Assembly: GCA_965112735.1 (NCBI GenBank)
Contig: OZ218950.1
Span: 5,456,001-5,520,000 of the forward strand
Direction: 5' to 3'
Source: Phaeosaccion multiseriatum
Taxonomy: Eukaryota; Protista; Ochrophyta, other classes
DNA length: 64,000 nucleotides
The first letter of the stretch is position 1. Every line of letters begins with the position of its first letter. Below the pieces are notes generated by a model, which saw only the letters and a program-made list of their open reading frames with translations, had not been told where the DNA came from and searched no databases. Positions 21,973 through 33,842 of this stretch are shown here, in pieces. The position numbers and the translations under genes were made by a program.

Positions 21973-23713
21973 TCAAAACTGCGTGCTCCTCCCCTTCACA
22001 CCGCAAAAGACACTGCTGCCCCTCCGACGGGATCGAGGCTGCGGAGGCACAACCTCAACAGGCGCTGACCATCGCAGGACGCTCGATGGGGCGACAAGGC
22101 CACTCCCCACTTGCTCCGATGTAGACGGGGCGGCAGTGACGGCAAACTCGAAGCATATTTCCCACCTGACACTCACTAGGTCCGTGCGCATGGACAGAGC
22201 GGCATCTGCGGGAAGCACTAACGTGAATGAAGAATGGCTTGTACGGCCCATGTGCTCTTGGAAAGTGTCGGCAATTTTGCGGTGAACACAGCTACTGCGC
22301 GCTTCCTTTCTCAACCCCTTACCCACGCTCCCCGATGCGGCGGTGGGGTCCGCCGGGAGTGGCAAACTCACTTCCTCCATTTGAAGGCACGCGCATATTT
22401 GGTGGCACCTCGTGTCCGCCAGAGTAAAGTCAAAATTCCCGAGGATAGCGTCCCCCGGACCAAACTCCTGCCCATAGAGCACAAGCTTTGCGACGTGCTG
22501 ATCTCCGTTTCCAATTCGGAACACATGTGCGTCACAAGAGCCGTCCCGGCGCGGAGAGTTGTCCAACAGCACCTTTTCCTCGTCCCAGGCGCCGAACCCG
22601 CTGCTGGCGCTCTGCACAGAACGTGTTTGTTTGCGTGTTACCGTGAGCGAACCAAACTTTCCGGCGGAGCAACTGGCTGTCAGCAGGTGCTGCAAAAAGA
22701 GTGCAGAACACTTCCATCCCCTCCGTGTTCCAAAAAGGACGTCATTCTTACCCGAGTTTTGCCCCCCTCTAGGACATGGCGGCCCCGTTGGAAGTTCCAC
22801 TTTGACGTTTGCATTTCAGAGACCAAAGCCTCGTGGTAGTGATCATCGCTGTCGCCATGCTCATTTTTTTGTGCTTTCCGGCCCGATGGCAGCCTGGTGG
22901 CCTCCGCATCAATAGTAGACGTCTGAAGAGACGACCACTCTGGGGCCGCAACAAACATCGAGCGAGGCCCCTCGTGGGCACAGGTCCCACTCGAGAGTAC
23001 AACAAAGGGGACATGAATGTCCTTCACCTCCACCACTGTTTTCTTTCCATACGCCCTCGGCCCTTCCTCTGCACCGTGACTGCTTCTCCTGCTAGCCACG
23101 GCTGGGGCCCGCGCCCTTGATATCCGGATCGTGACATAGTAAAAGTACCGGCAACCGACCCCCTTAAAGGAAGGAACTAGTCCACGAGGGAGGGGCACGG
23201 TGAAGTGAAAAGAGGTGGAAGACTCCTTCGATAGGTTCTGCCCCAGCACCAAGGTCAGCGGCCGCGTGCCGAACGTATACGCCACATTGGTGTCTTCCAA
23301 ATCAGGATACCTGCTCACACAGCATCACGAGGCGCCGTCAGGTGGTGTTGGAGCTGGCTTGCTTGCTTGTGGAGTCACGCACTTTACAAGGAGGGCTTCA
23401 CTATGGGGTGGGGGGGGACTCTGCCCGTAAAGCTTGCAGAGCGGCGAGGGTAGGGATATCCATCGTGGGTCAACTTTGGCGTGGCCATGGGCGTGAACTA
23501 CGGCCTGAGCGCCAGCGGGAGGAGCAGGGGGGTGAAGGGTCAGGACAAACAATCTCCCCCCCCTTCTCCTCCCTCCCTTTTGCCTCCAACCTTGATTATG
23601 CTTGCATTGCTGCCGCTGCTGTCGGAAAACGCAAAGTCCACCACACCCTCCAGCGTCTCGCCCGCTACAAGCGTACTTCGCAGCAACGTACACGTCACAC
23701 TGTGCTTCTCCAT
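21973..23713 (-). CDS. RGP1: RGP1-like subunit of the RIC1-RGP1 Rab6 GEF (arrestin-like fold)
   Basis: VAGETLEGVV, HAHGHAKVDPRWI, FTVPLPRGLVPSFKGVGCRYFYYVTI, GDAILGNFDF, FTLVLP..SMRTDLVSVRWEICFEF. Exon boundaries are approximate. Confidence 0.75.
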
Positions 23714-23871
23714 GATGAATTTGTGAATTCTGATTGGGCGGGGAGGTGGACAAACTTGGGAGGCGGGGAGGCCCAACTCACTCAATGTAACCTTACCCGT
23801 CCCCCGTCTCCTGACCACCCCAGAGAGGAGCAAGGAACGCGGCGGCAGGAAGTAGCACACAAGCGTCCACC

Positions 23872-26607
23872 ATGTCTATGGTCTTTGATGAATATGGGAG
23901 GCCCTTCATCATACTGCGTGAGCAGCAGCAGCAGGCGCGGATTCGCGGCAGGGAGGCTCAAAAGGTACAAGAGGAAGAAGAGGAAAACTAGTGAAGAGAG
24001 ACGTCTTCCATTACCAGGACTTCTCTCCCCCCCCGGCTTTCCTCTCCACCCTTGTCCTGCCCGATTGCAGCGATGATACAACTGCTTTAACTCAGTATCC
24101 TTCCTGCTTCTCCCCGCTTTGTTCACCGTCCAGTCGAACATCCTCGCGGCCCGTTCGGTGTCCAACATCTTGCGGACTTCGCTCGGGCCCAAGGGGATGG
24201 ACAAGATGCTTGTCAATCCAGATGGGGACATCACCATCTCGAATGATGGCGCCACCATCTTAGAGAAAATGCAGGTCCGGCTCGCCTGCTTGCCGATCCC
24301 AACCGAGCTTGATCGATTGCTACAGATTTTCAACCGCTTTCCTGCCCCCTCCGGCTTACCAGGTGGAGCATCAAGTTGCCAGACTTCTGGTGGAGCTGAG
24401 TCAGAGCCAGGATAACGAGATTGGAGACGGGACTACTGGTGTCGTTGTCTTGGCTGGTGCCCTGCTTGAGCAAGCAGAAAAGCTACTCGACCGAGGCATC
24501 CATCCGGTCAGGATAGGGGAGGGCTTCGAAATGTGCGTCATCAAGCCTCTTGCGTGGGAGGGAGGCAAGACTAGCTGTTGCATGCGAGAGATTTCGGTCC
24601 TCATCTCACTCGTCCACCGTTGTTTTGCCTCTGCCGCAGGGCTTGTCAAGTGTCCGTCAAGTACCTAGAAGAGATTAGTGACGTGGTGAAGTTCACCTCG
24701 ACGGATACTCAGCCTCTCATTAACACAGCCATGACCACCCTCAGCAGCAAGATTATCAATGTTCACAAGGTGAGAAGGAAGGAGGAGTCCAAACGGGTTG
24801 AGAAAATGGGGCGCAGTTCACTCATTCCACTTGGCCGTGCGCTCTTTATTGCCATCAGGCCACCATGGCAAAGATTGCGGTAGATGCTGTGATGGCTGTC
24901 GCGGATATTGAGAGGAAGGACGTGAATTTCGACATGATCAAGGTGGAGGGTAAGCCGGGTGGCGAGCTGGGGGACACGGAGCTCATCAGAGGAATTGTAG
25001 TGGACAAGGAGTTCTCCCATCCGCAGATGCCCAAGGTACGTGCCTAGTCTCTCTAGGTGGCCTGGCCCTCCCTCCCATCTCACGGCGTACCCATCCTCGA
25101 ACCTCACCCTCTGTCAACCTGCATGCATGTGTGTGCCCTGGCAGACTCTGAAAGACCCAAAGCTGTGCATTCTGACCTGCCCCTTCGAGCCCCCAAAGCC
25201 CAAAACAAAGCACAAGCTGGACATCACTTCCAGTGATGCTTACGACCAGCTCGTGCAGAGTGAGAAAGGTGCGTGCGTGCGATGGGTGTGATGGCTCCTG
25301 TTACTGTAGCGGAGCTCCATCTCACACAGGTGGCGTCAAACCGTAGTCCCATTCATTGACGGCTATCCCTCACACCCCCTATGCCACTCTTATCTATCTC
25401 TTACGTCACATGATCAACAGATTACTTCGACACGATGGTGCAGCAGTGCAAAGACAGCGGTGCGGACTTGGTCATTTGCCAGGTGCGGCGACAACAACCC
25501 AACCTACTGCCTTCAAATGTACTCTTGTCTAACAATAACAAACCCCCGTTTACCCTCTTCCCACAGTGGGGCTTTGATGATGAGGCAAACCACTTGCTCA
25601 TGCAGAGAGGATTGCCTGCAGTTCGTTGGGTGGGAGGTGTCGAGCTTGAACTCATTGCCATCGCAACGGGGGCCAGGATCGTTCCTCGTTTCTCAGGTGT
25701 GTGGTCTAGTGTTCTGACCCCCCCCCGCTCCCCCCCCCCAAGGAGAGCACATCAGTCCCCCCAGGGAAAGCATATCCTGACTGATGTGTCATACCGCCTG
25801 TCCCCCGTATTGTCCCTTCCACTCGACAGAGCTGTCTGCCGAAAAGCTCGGGAGGGCAGGATTGGTAAGGGAGGTCGCGTTCGGTACGACAAAGGATCGC
25901 ATGCTGGTCATCGAAGATTGCAAGAACAGGTGAGCGCAAAGTTATAAAGCTGTACAACCCCTCAGAATCGCTTCCCTGACTCCTTTCTTCTCGTCTTGAC
26001 AGTACGGCTGTCACTGTGCTTGTACGCGGTGGCAACAAAATGATTGTGGAGGAGGCCAAGCGCTCTCTTCACGACGCCATGTGCGTCGTTCGAAATCTCA
26101 TCAAGGACAATCGCATTGTGTACGGCGGAGGCAGCGCAGAAATTGCCTGCAGTCTGGCCGTCAGCGCTGCAGCGGACAAGGTACGCGCAATGGGGTTTGT
26201 TTGGTTGGGGTCTATCCGTGGGAGAATGGGGTTTTGTGTTACAGTCCACCCCTTAACCCGCGCTTGCTCTTTGCGCTCTTTCCGTTTCCCTCTCCTCTCA
26301 GATCGTGGGCATGGAACAGTACGCAGTCAGGGCCTTCGCAGAGGCGCTCGACGACGTCCCAATGGCGCTGGCCGAGAACTGCGGTTTGTCTCCCATCACG
26401 CAACTCAGCGCCGTCAAGGCCAAGCAGCTTGAGGAGAAGAACCCTTTCCTCGGAATTGATTGTAGCAACAAGGGGACCAACGACATGAAGGACCAGCGCA
26501 TCTTCGAGACGCTGATTGGCAAGCAGCAGCAGCTGCTTCTCGCCACGCAAGTCGTGAAGCATATCCTCAAGATAGACGACATCATTGCGCACGGAAAGTA
26601 CGCTTAA
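23872..26607 (+). CDS. CCT5: T-complex protein 1 subunit epsilon (multi-exon)
   Basis: N-terminus [90 protein letters not shown]. Confidence 0.96.
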
Positions 26608-27411
26608 TGGAAGCGGGCCCCAGCTGAGAAGCTGAGCGGGCGGCCGCACGCACTCCAGATCCGAAGTGCATGACGGCATGCATGAGCGCTTTAATGCGGT
26701 AATGATGAGTCACAAAACTTCAACGAACGTTTTCAGTTTTCAGTTTATTTGACCATATCAATATCGAACACCAAATGGGATCCGGGTGAGCGTGGCGTGG
26801 GCGTGCGTGCGCGATCGTGTTGTGTCACTGGGAGATTTCTTCAGGGTTGTGAAGCTTTCCGAAGATGTCTCTCTCCTCGTCAATCGTCAAAGAGCCCCTG
26901 TGCAGCGGTAGGACGGACAAACCTGTCACAAGACCGACCATCTCATACATCTCCCAATCGTTCGCGAACATGATCTCTTGTGTGCTTGTGTCTTGTGTGG
27001 ACCATGTGGGGGTGCGCCTCGCGCTGCCTGGGCGTCTTCTCTTCGTGTGCCGGTCGGGGATGCAGCACACCCGCTCAGCCCCGTGAGTGCACGAGTGAGC
27101 AGCACGGGAGGGGGATGGGGCAAGGGGGTGTAGGGGAGGTTAGCTCCCATGATCCCCCCGCCTGCTTCCTTCCGACCACCTCGCCCCCTCTCGTGTCCGG
27201 CTGCCCCCCCCTTTCCCCTCCTTTCCTCTCCAGTGTGGTGCCGCGATAGGGGGAAGAAGGTCCATCCCCTCGCCCCTCTCGCCCCCCAACCCCTGCTCCG
27301 CCACCCTTCGCTTGCCATTTCCGCCAACACCCCGTGCCTTCGCTCGTCTCTCCTCCATCTCCACTCCTCCCATGCCCTCTCACCCCTTCCGCTCCCATAC
27401 TCTCGTCTGCC

Positions 27412-29070
27412 TCACCCCAATGGCCTTTGAATACGAGGACTTCGCTGAGTCACTGGGCAGGGTGTGTGTGTGTTCCAGGCGGGGAGCGGGTGCGGTGGTG
27501 GAGGTGGTGGGAGGGAGCGAGGCGGAGGTAGTATGGTCGCCTTGTGTGAGCTGTGGTGCTGTGGGTTGTGGTAGCTGTTGCTGGGGAGGCTAATGCTGGT
27601 GCTGACAGGCCGGAGGAAGCTGCTGGCGCTCGACCACAATCGGCGGTGGTTGCTCAACCTCAATCGGCGGTGTTTGCTGCGCTGAGGGGGCTGGGGAAGC
27701 TGTCGTGGGGCCGCCCGCGGAGGCTGGCCCCGTTGGTGCTGTGGTGGCAACGGCTGAACCATCCCCTGGTGCTGGGGGTGCGGCGGGTGCAGCTGGAGAT
27801 GCTGCTGTAGGGATGGTCACATTGGTGGTTGTTGATAGTAGTAGCTCGACTGCGGCACGAGAGGCGGGTGCTGCGTCATCGGCCGAGGCTGCCGCTGCTG
27901 CGGCTGAGGCAGAGGAACCTGTTGCAGAAGCCGCTGGGGATGGGGTCCTGGCAGCTGCTGAGGAGGCTCAGGTTGCTGCCCGTTGCGGCCTTGCTGCTGC
28001 TGCGGAGCCATCAGCTGAGGCTGTGAAGACGGCTGTGGTGTTGCTGCTGAGACGGCTGGTGGCGTTGCTGCTGAGACGGTGCCACTGGCTGCGAAGCAGG
28101 GTGCTGCATCGGCGGTGGAGTGGGGTGCTGTATCGGCTGAGGAGGAGGTGGGGGGTGCCGGTTGACTACAGTTTCTAAGGGCCCCATCATGTGATCCATA
28201 CGGCCCCGCATATCCTCCAGTGCCAGATCAGTTTGCACCGCCACCCGTATAGTCCGATCGGCCTCACGCTGCTCCTGCGTCTCCTGCTGCAGTAGCGTAA
28301 CTGTGATGGTGTTAGGTAGACTAAGGCTTTCCCCAGACCCGCGGCTGCCGTTGTCTATTTCGACACCAGGCAAGCCGTAAAAAGTCCTCCGCTGCTAGAG
28401 CGTTTGCTGGTGATTGCCCATGCTACTGAGACTGCTGTTGATCGCCGGAGGCAACAGTTACAGTTATTCCAGGATCCGCTGTCTCCGGGCCGGCATCCAC
28501 GCCCCCCTCAGTAGGACCCTCAGTCGGCTCCCCCTCCTCGTCCAGAGTGTCATATCCCGCAGGTTTGCGTGTCGTTCTCTTCTGCCGCACCTTCACCTCT
28601 TTCCAACGGAGCTGAGGCGTCCATCAGTGTTGCAGCAGTCTCAGCCTTCGCGTCACCAACTCCCCTGCACTGCGGTGCTCGAGGAAGCAGTGTCTGCCCC
28701 TGGTGAGAGTGCCCCGGTCGCTGTCGAGCGTAGGCCTAAGGAGGTCGACGATAATTGTGAGTGCATGGCTGGGCCTCTGTGTCTGTGGTGCCGATCTCGA
28801 GGAGGAGGCTGGTCCTCCGCCCCACCAGCAGTCCCAGCAACCCTCACAACCCCAGCCGCCCTCTCAACCACAGTCCTCAGTCCACAGTCCTTCGCATCAC
28901 CCTCCACGGACCACCTCCTCTTCTCCTGGCGTTCATCTGCCTTCGCCAGCCCCTCAGTCTTCGGAGGAGCAACGCGTTCCCTTGGAGGCCGAACTCCAGT
29001 CTGTCGCGGTGCATTTGGGCGCCGATCTGTCTTCGTCTCAACGTGGGGCGCTGCGGGCTCTTCTACGCCC
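27412..29070 (-). other. Low-complexity Pro/Gln/Ala-rich coding-like region of unknown identity (possible gene or relic)
   Basis: Several short minus-strand frames with P/Q/A-rich content (e.g. 28011-28373). No single intact frame and no recognisable domain. Confidence 0.25.
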
Positions 29071-29999
29071 CACTTAGGCCTTTTTTACAAGGATGGCGAG
29101 GGAGGCTTGGGGGAAAAAAACAAAAAAACCGCAAAAAAAACTGTCAAAATCGTTGACTTCCGGGCCGACTTCCGCCCTTCCTTGCCCACCCCTCCACTCC
29201 CCACCCCCCACATCCCTCCCCCCGTCTCTCTCATCAATCATCAACTTGCCGCCGTGCTGTCCACGATGTACCCTGTTCTTTGACGCTCCATCAGGTACAG
29301 TAAAGTCCACATAATGGGGGGGGAAGAAAGTGTGAGTGGGGGGGGGGGGGAAAGGAAGGGGATGGCCCGATTTTCGGGAGAGCCCCCTGCTGTGATGGCC
29401 TCACTCGCAGCGCTGACTCATGGCAGTCTTTGCCCTACTTACATATCTTCCTCCTCTTTTCCCTGGTGACTGGGCTCCGGCTCGTCGCCCTTTCACCTTC
29501 GGTAGCCTCAGACTCCCTAATCTCGCTTTCTCCCTTCTCCTCATACGGTCCAGGCTTCCGTAGCTCGAGCACCAGCATCTGGCCCGCCCACCCCATCAGC
29601 AGCAGCAGTAGCAGCAGCGTAGAATCAGCTCCGCACCCACACCAGCAGCGGCCCCGGCAGCCACAGCCACCCGCCCGACAATGTTCGTGATCAGACGAAA
29701 GGGGGGAAAGGACAGTGCGCAAAGGCGTTTGAGGCGAAAGGCGGCTCAAAATTTCTGCTGCTTCCTGGTCGTAGCTGGGTTGTGCCGAGGGGCCTTCCAG
29801 CTGACGGGTGCTGCTCGTGATTGACCCAGATCTGGATTTTGGAGCGGTTCGGGTGTAGAGGTATTATACGGCTCCTCTAGCGCAGCAGCAGAAGCAGAGG
29901 AGAGCACGTTTTTGCAGTTGGACAAAAATGGGTCGGGAAGGAGAAGCGTTGCTTCCTTCCATGGCGGATATCTGTCTCCAAAGAAGCAGGGGGGGATGA

Positions 30000-32248
30000 C
30001 TATTTTGTTAGTTGCTCTAACTCGGTAAAGTATGTCGGGAAGGTTTTCGCTGTGCAGTCGGGGTCATTGATGGTGACAGGCACCCCGCCGCACGCCGCCA
30101 GCGAGAAGCACATGGCCATCCGATGGTCGTCGTACGTGTCTATCGCCACACCGGAATTGATGTTGGCGAGGGGCTGCACAATGCAATAGTCGCGCCCTTC
30201 TTCCACGGACGCTCCCAGCTTCGTCAACTCTGAGACAATGGCCTGTTCAGATGGAGAAAGGGTGGATTGCAAGGGGTTTGGTAATGGTGCTCTGTCTGTA
30301 AGACGTGCGGTAGTAACCCGCGTGGTATTCGCACTGGTTGGGGCACAACGCACCTTCATTCGCTCTGTTTCCTTGACCCTCCAGTTGTACACGTTGCGAA
30401 TTGCTGTTGGACCCTCTGCAAACAAGGCAATCACGGCCAGGGTCATGGCAGCATCGGGAATATCTCCGCAGTCCACGTCCACACCCTGCAATTTGGTGTC
30501 TTTGTTCCTGGATACTGTTATGGCATTCTTGTCCCACTCTACGGTGGCGCCCATTTTCTCCAATACCTGGATAGGGGTAAGGAGATAGGACGGCTACTTG
30601 GATACGGCTATAACACACATACTCTATAAAGAATACGAAATCTAAACTTTGTGTATTTGACCCTCACTCTCTCTACCCACACTGTATGAGGGTATACAAA
30701 ACAGAGGGGAGGAATGGTGCAAGGGTGATTCTTGAAACGCTACGAGAGCTGTCGGGGCTACGTTCATACTCTCTCACTCACCTCGGCAAACTTGACGTCA
30801 CCCTGAACACTCTCACTGCCGCAGCCAACCACTCTAACAGGGCCCCCGGTGATGGCCGCTCCTCCGAGGAAATAGGAGGCAGAAGAAGCGTCCCCCTCGA
30901 CGCCAATCGTGCCAGGACTGACGTATGATTGTCCCCCTCGGATGGTGAATGTCTTGTCTCCGTCGCTCTTCACCTGGATAACAGCAAAACGCAGGATAGT
31001 ACCAGCGGTGGGCCGTATCATCCACGTTGAGCAGCGGAAAGGGACTGTGAGTGCTCTACACGCGGCGATCTGGGGGTGTGCAGGTGCTGCCAACTCCACG
31101 TACCTCCACTCCAAATTTGGCCATGAGCTTGATGGTCATGTGCACATACGGAGCAGACACGAGCTCGTCCTTAATCTCGATGATGACATCGTCTTCCGCG
31201 AGCGGCGCCATCATCAGCAGAGCGGATATGTATTGGCTGGAAATCTGGCCACTCACTCTGGTGACACCCCCCTTCACCCCATTTGCCTTAATCTTGACCG
31301 GCGGACATCCCGTATCTGAGCATGTCACATCCACTCCCAGCTGCGTGCATAGGAGTCGCGTCATGCATGTGTGGAGACAGGTTCGTGAGCCGACTGCAGA
31401 TTAGCCACTCTTCTCCCAACGAAGCAGAGGAGGAGTACTAAGACTAACCTGTTCCAATCCCTCCACAAGGTCTTTGATCGGTCTTTCCCGCATTCGCGGC
31501 GTTCCATCGAGAACATATTCCCCCTTTCCAGCGCACAGTACCGCCGTGAGGGGGCGCATCGCCGTGCCTGCGTTGCCCAGAAAGATGTCTGTCGCTGAAT
31601 CAACATTGAGTGCCCCGGCCTTGCCCGTCACCTCGACCCGCAGGGCCTCAACGTCCCGATCCATGGATACCTATAGTAGTAAGCGAGTTAACGAATTGAT
31701 GCACACGTCAGCAACAGCCGGTCTTGTGTTGCATCTCTCTCAATGTCTATTGTACTGACCCCCAGAGTCTCGAGCGCTCCAAGCATGTAGTTGATGTCTT
31801 CACTTTCCAGCAAGTTCTCTACGACAGTTTTTCCCTCGGACAGCGCAGCTAGGAGCAGTACTCTATTACTCAGGCTCTTCGAGCCAGGCAAGACCACCTA
31901 TGGTCGTGAGTGAAGAAAAAAGGGAGAGGGAGGAGGCCTTGACAACTTTAGCCAGAGGCAGGAACAGGAAAAGCGAGCCTCTCTTTTAATGCAGCGTCCG
32001 TGCACCAGTGAGACAATTCATAGTTCCATCAGAGCTCTCACCTCTCCTTGAATGGACGATATGGGAGCTACCGTCAGCGACTCGAGGCGCATCTGCACAG
32101 ATGCGCGGCCGCACGATCTGGAACCGCAGCTGCGCGTGCGAGAAAGCCCTAGATGCGCCTTGCTCACCACCCCAGCAGTAGAGTGTGAGAGAAAGCCATG
32201 CGCGCTGGAAACAAGCGATAAGAACAGCAGCCCAGCGAGAGCACACAT
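30000..32248 (-). CDS. aroA: Plastid-targeted EPSP synthase (class I), multi-exon
   Basis: Signal peptide ending AHG-F plus transit peptide. Motifs [70 protein letters not shown]. Confidence 0.96.
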
Positions 32249-32364
32249 CGTTATTATGGAGGGAAAAAAATGGGAAAAATGGCGCCGCCCATGGGCCGAT
32301 GTGACTTTTAGTGACTTAATTGAATCACCGTATAAACTGAAACTGAAAGTGTGTGAGTGTGTGT

Positions 32365-33842
32365 TCGGCCCCATGCACGCCTAGCGGTTTTGCTCTAGGC
32401 CGCTAGGCCGCTCAGCCTTCGGCCGATCTAGACCTAGGCCGGCGGCCTCCGGCCGCTCTAGGCTGCTCACTTTTCAGTCCTAGGCGGCCTATATAGCCCG
32501 CCTCTAGGCAGCCTCCCAGTGGCCGTGGGCGCGTGCGTGGTGTCAGCCCGTGACATGCTTCTGAGGCCACCCTGCTTCCTGCTTCTGGCCGGCGCCAGAG
32601 GGCCTGCTTCCTGCTTCTGGGCTGGCCTCTCTCAGAAGCATGTCAGGGGCCGACCTGTAATCAGATAATCTTGTCCAGGGTCGACTCCCTCCCTCCCTCC
32701 CTCCCTCCCTCCCTCCCTCCTCCCTCCCTCCCTCCCTCCCTCCCTCCCTCCCTCCCTCCCTCCCTCCCTCCCTCCCTCCCTCCCTCCCTCCCTCCCTCCC
32801 TCCCTCCCTCCCTCCCTCCCTCCCTCCCTCCCTCCCTCCCTCCCTCCCTCCCTCCCTCCCTCCCTCCCTCCCTCCCTCCCTCCCTCCCTCCCTCCCTCCC
32901 TCCCTCCCTCCCTCCCTCCCTCCCTCCCTCCCTCCCTCCCTCCCTCCCTCCCTCCCTCCCTCCCTCCCTCCCTCCCTCCCTCCCTCCCTCCCTCCCTCCC
33001 TCCCTCCCTCCCTCCCTCCCTCCCTCCCTCCCTCCCTCCCTCCCTCCCTCCCTCCCTCCCTCCCTCCCTCCCTCCCTCCCTCCCTCCCTCCCTCCCTCCC
33101 TCCCTCCCTCCCTCCCTCCCTCCCTCCCTCCCTCCCTCCCTCCCTCCCTCCCTCCCTCCCTCCCTCCCTCCCTCCCTCCCTCCCTCCCTCCCTCCCTCCC
33201 TCCCTCCCTCCCTCCCTCCCTCCCTCCCTCCCTCCCTCCCTCCCTCCCTCCCTCCCTCCCTCCCTCCCTCCCTCCCTCCCTCCCTCCCTCCCTCCCTCCC
33301 TCCCTCCCTCCCTCCCTCCCTCCCTCCCTCCCTCCCTCCCTCCCTCCCTCCCTCCCTCCCTCCCTCCCTCCCTTCCTCCCTCCCTCCCTCCCTCCCTCCC
33401 TCCCTCCCTCCCTTGCTTCCTGCTTCTGGCCGGCACCAGAGGGCCTGCTTCCTGCTTCTGGCCGGCGCCAGCCGGCCTGCTTCCTGCTTCTGGGCTGGCC
33501 TCTCTCAGAAGCATGTCAGGGGCAGAGTGGTGCCGCCCAGCCAGTGGGTAGCAGCACACCTGTAGGTCTGCACTCCTCGTAGGTCCAGCGAGGCGGAAGA
33601 GACAACACGAACCAAGTCTACTCCTCACTTCCAATCCCATGCAATGAAACTGACTACTCTTTGCACTCTGGGCACTCCCACCGTCCGCCTAGTTGGCTGG
33701 CGTCTGCCCTAGGCCGCGCGGGCCTGCGGCCCGCGTAGGGCGCCTAGGCGGCGGCATACAAATAGGCCGAGGGCCTACGGCCCTCGCTAGGCCGGGCAAT
33801 TTTCCCAAATAGGTCTAGGCCGCTAGGCGTGCATGGGGCCGA
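32365..33842. mobile_element. Non-autonomous TIR DNA transposon (~1.48 kb) inserted in a (TG)n tract
   Basis: Perfect 23-bp TIR TCGGCCCCATGCACGCCTAGCGG (32365-32387 / 33820-33842). Many subterminal CTAGGC/GCCTAG motifs at both ends. TGTGTGT on both flanks. Confidence 0.8.
32685..33413. repeat. (CCCT)n microsatellite, ~180 units, flanked by direct repeats 32573-32649 and 33414-33521
   Basis: Directly visible. The flanks share TGCTTCCTGCTTCTGG...CTCTCAGAAGCATGTCAGGGG. Confidence 0.95.

Noticed and set aside
31540-31590. Glyphosate-resistance substitutions in EPSPS
   Set aside because: The motif reads [10 protein letters not shown], the unmodified class I sequence.
32543-33640. 365-aa GGRE-repeat and 303-aa PPSL-repeat ORFs
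   Set aside because: Translations of the (CCCT)n microsatellite.
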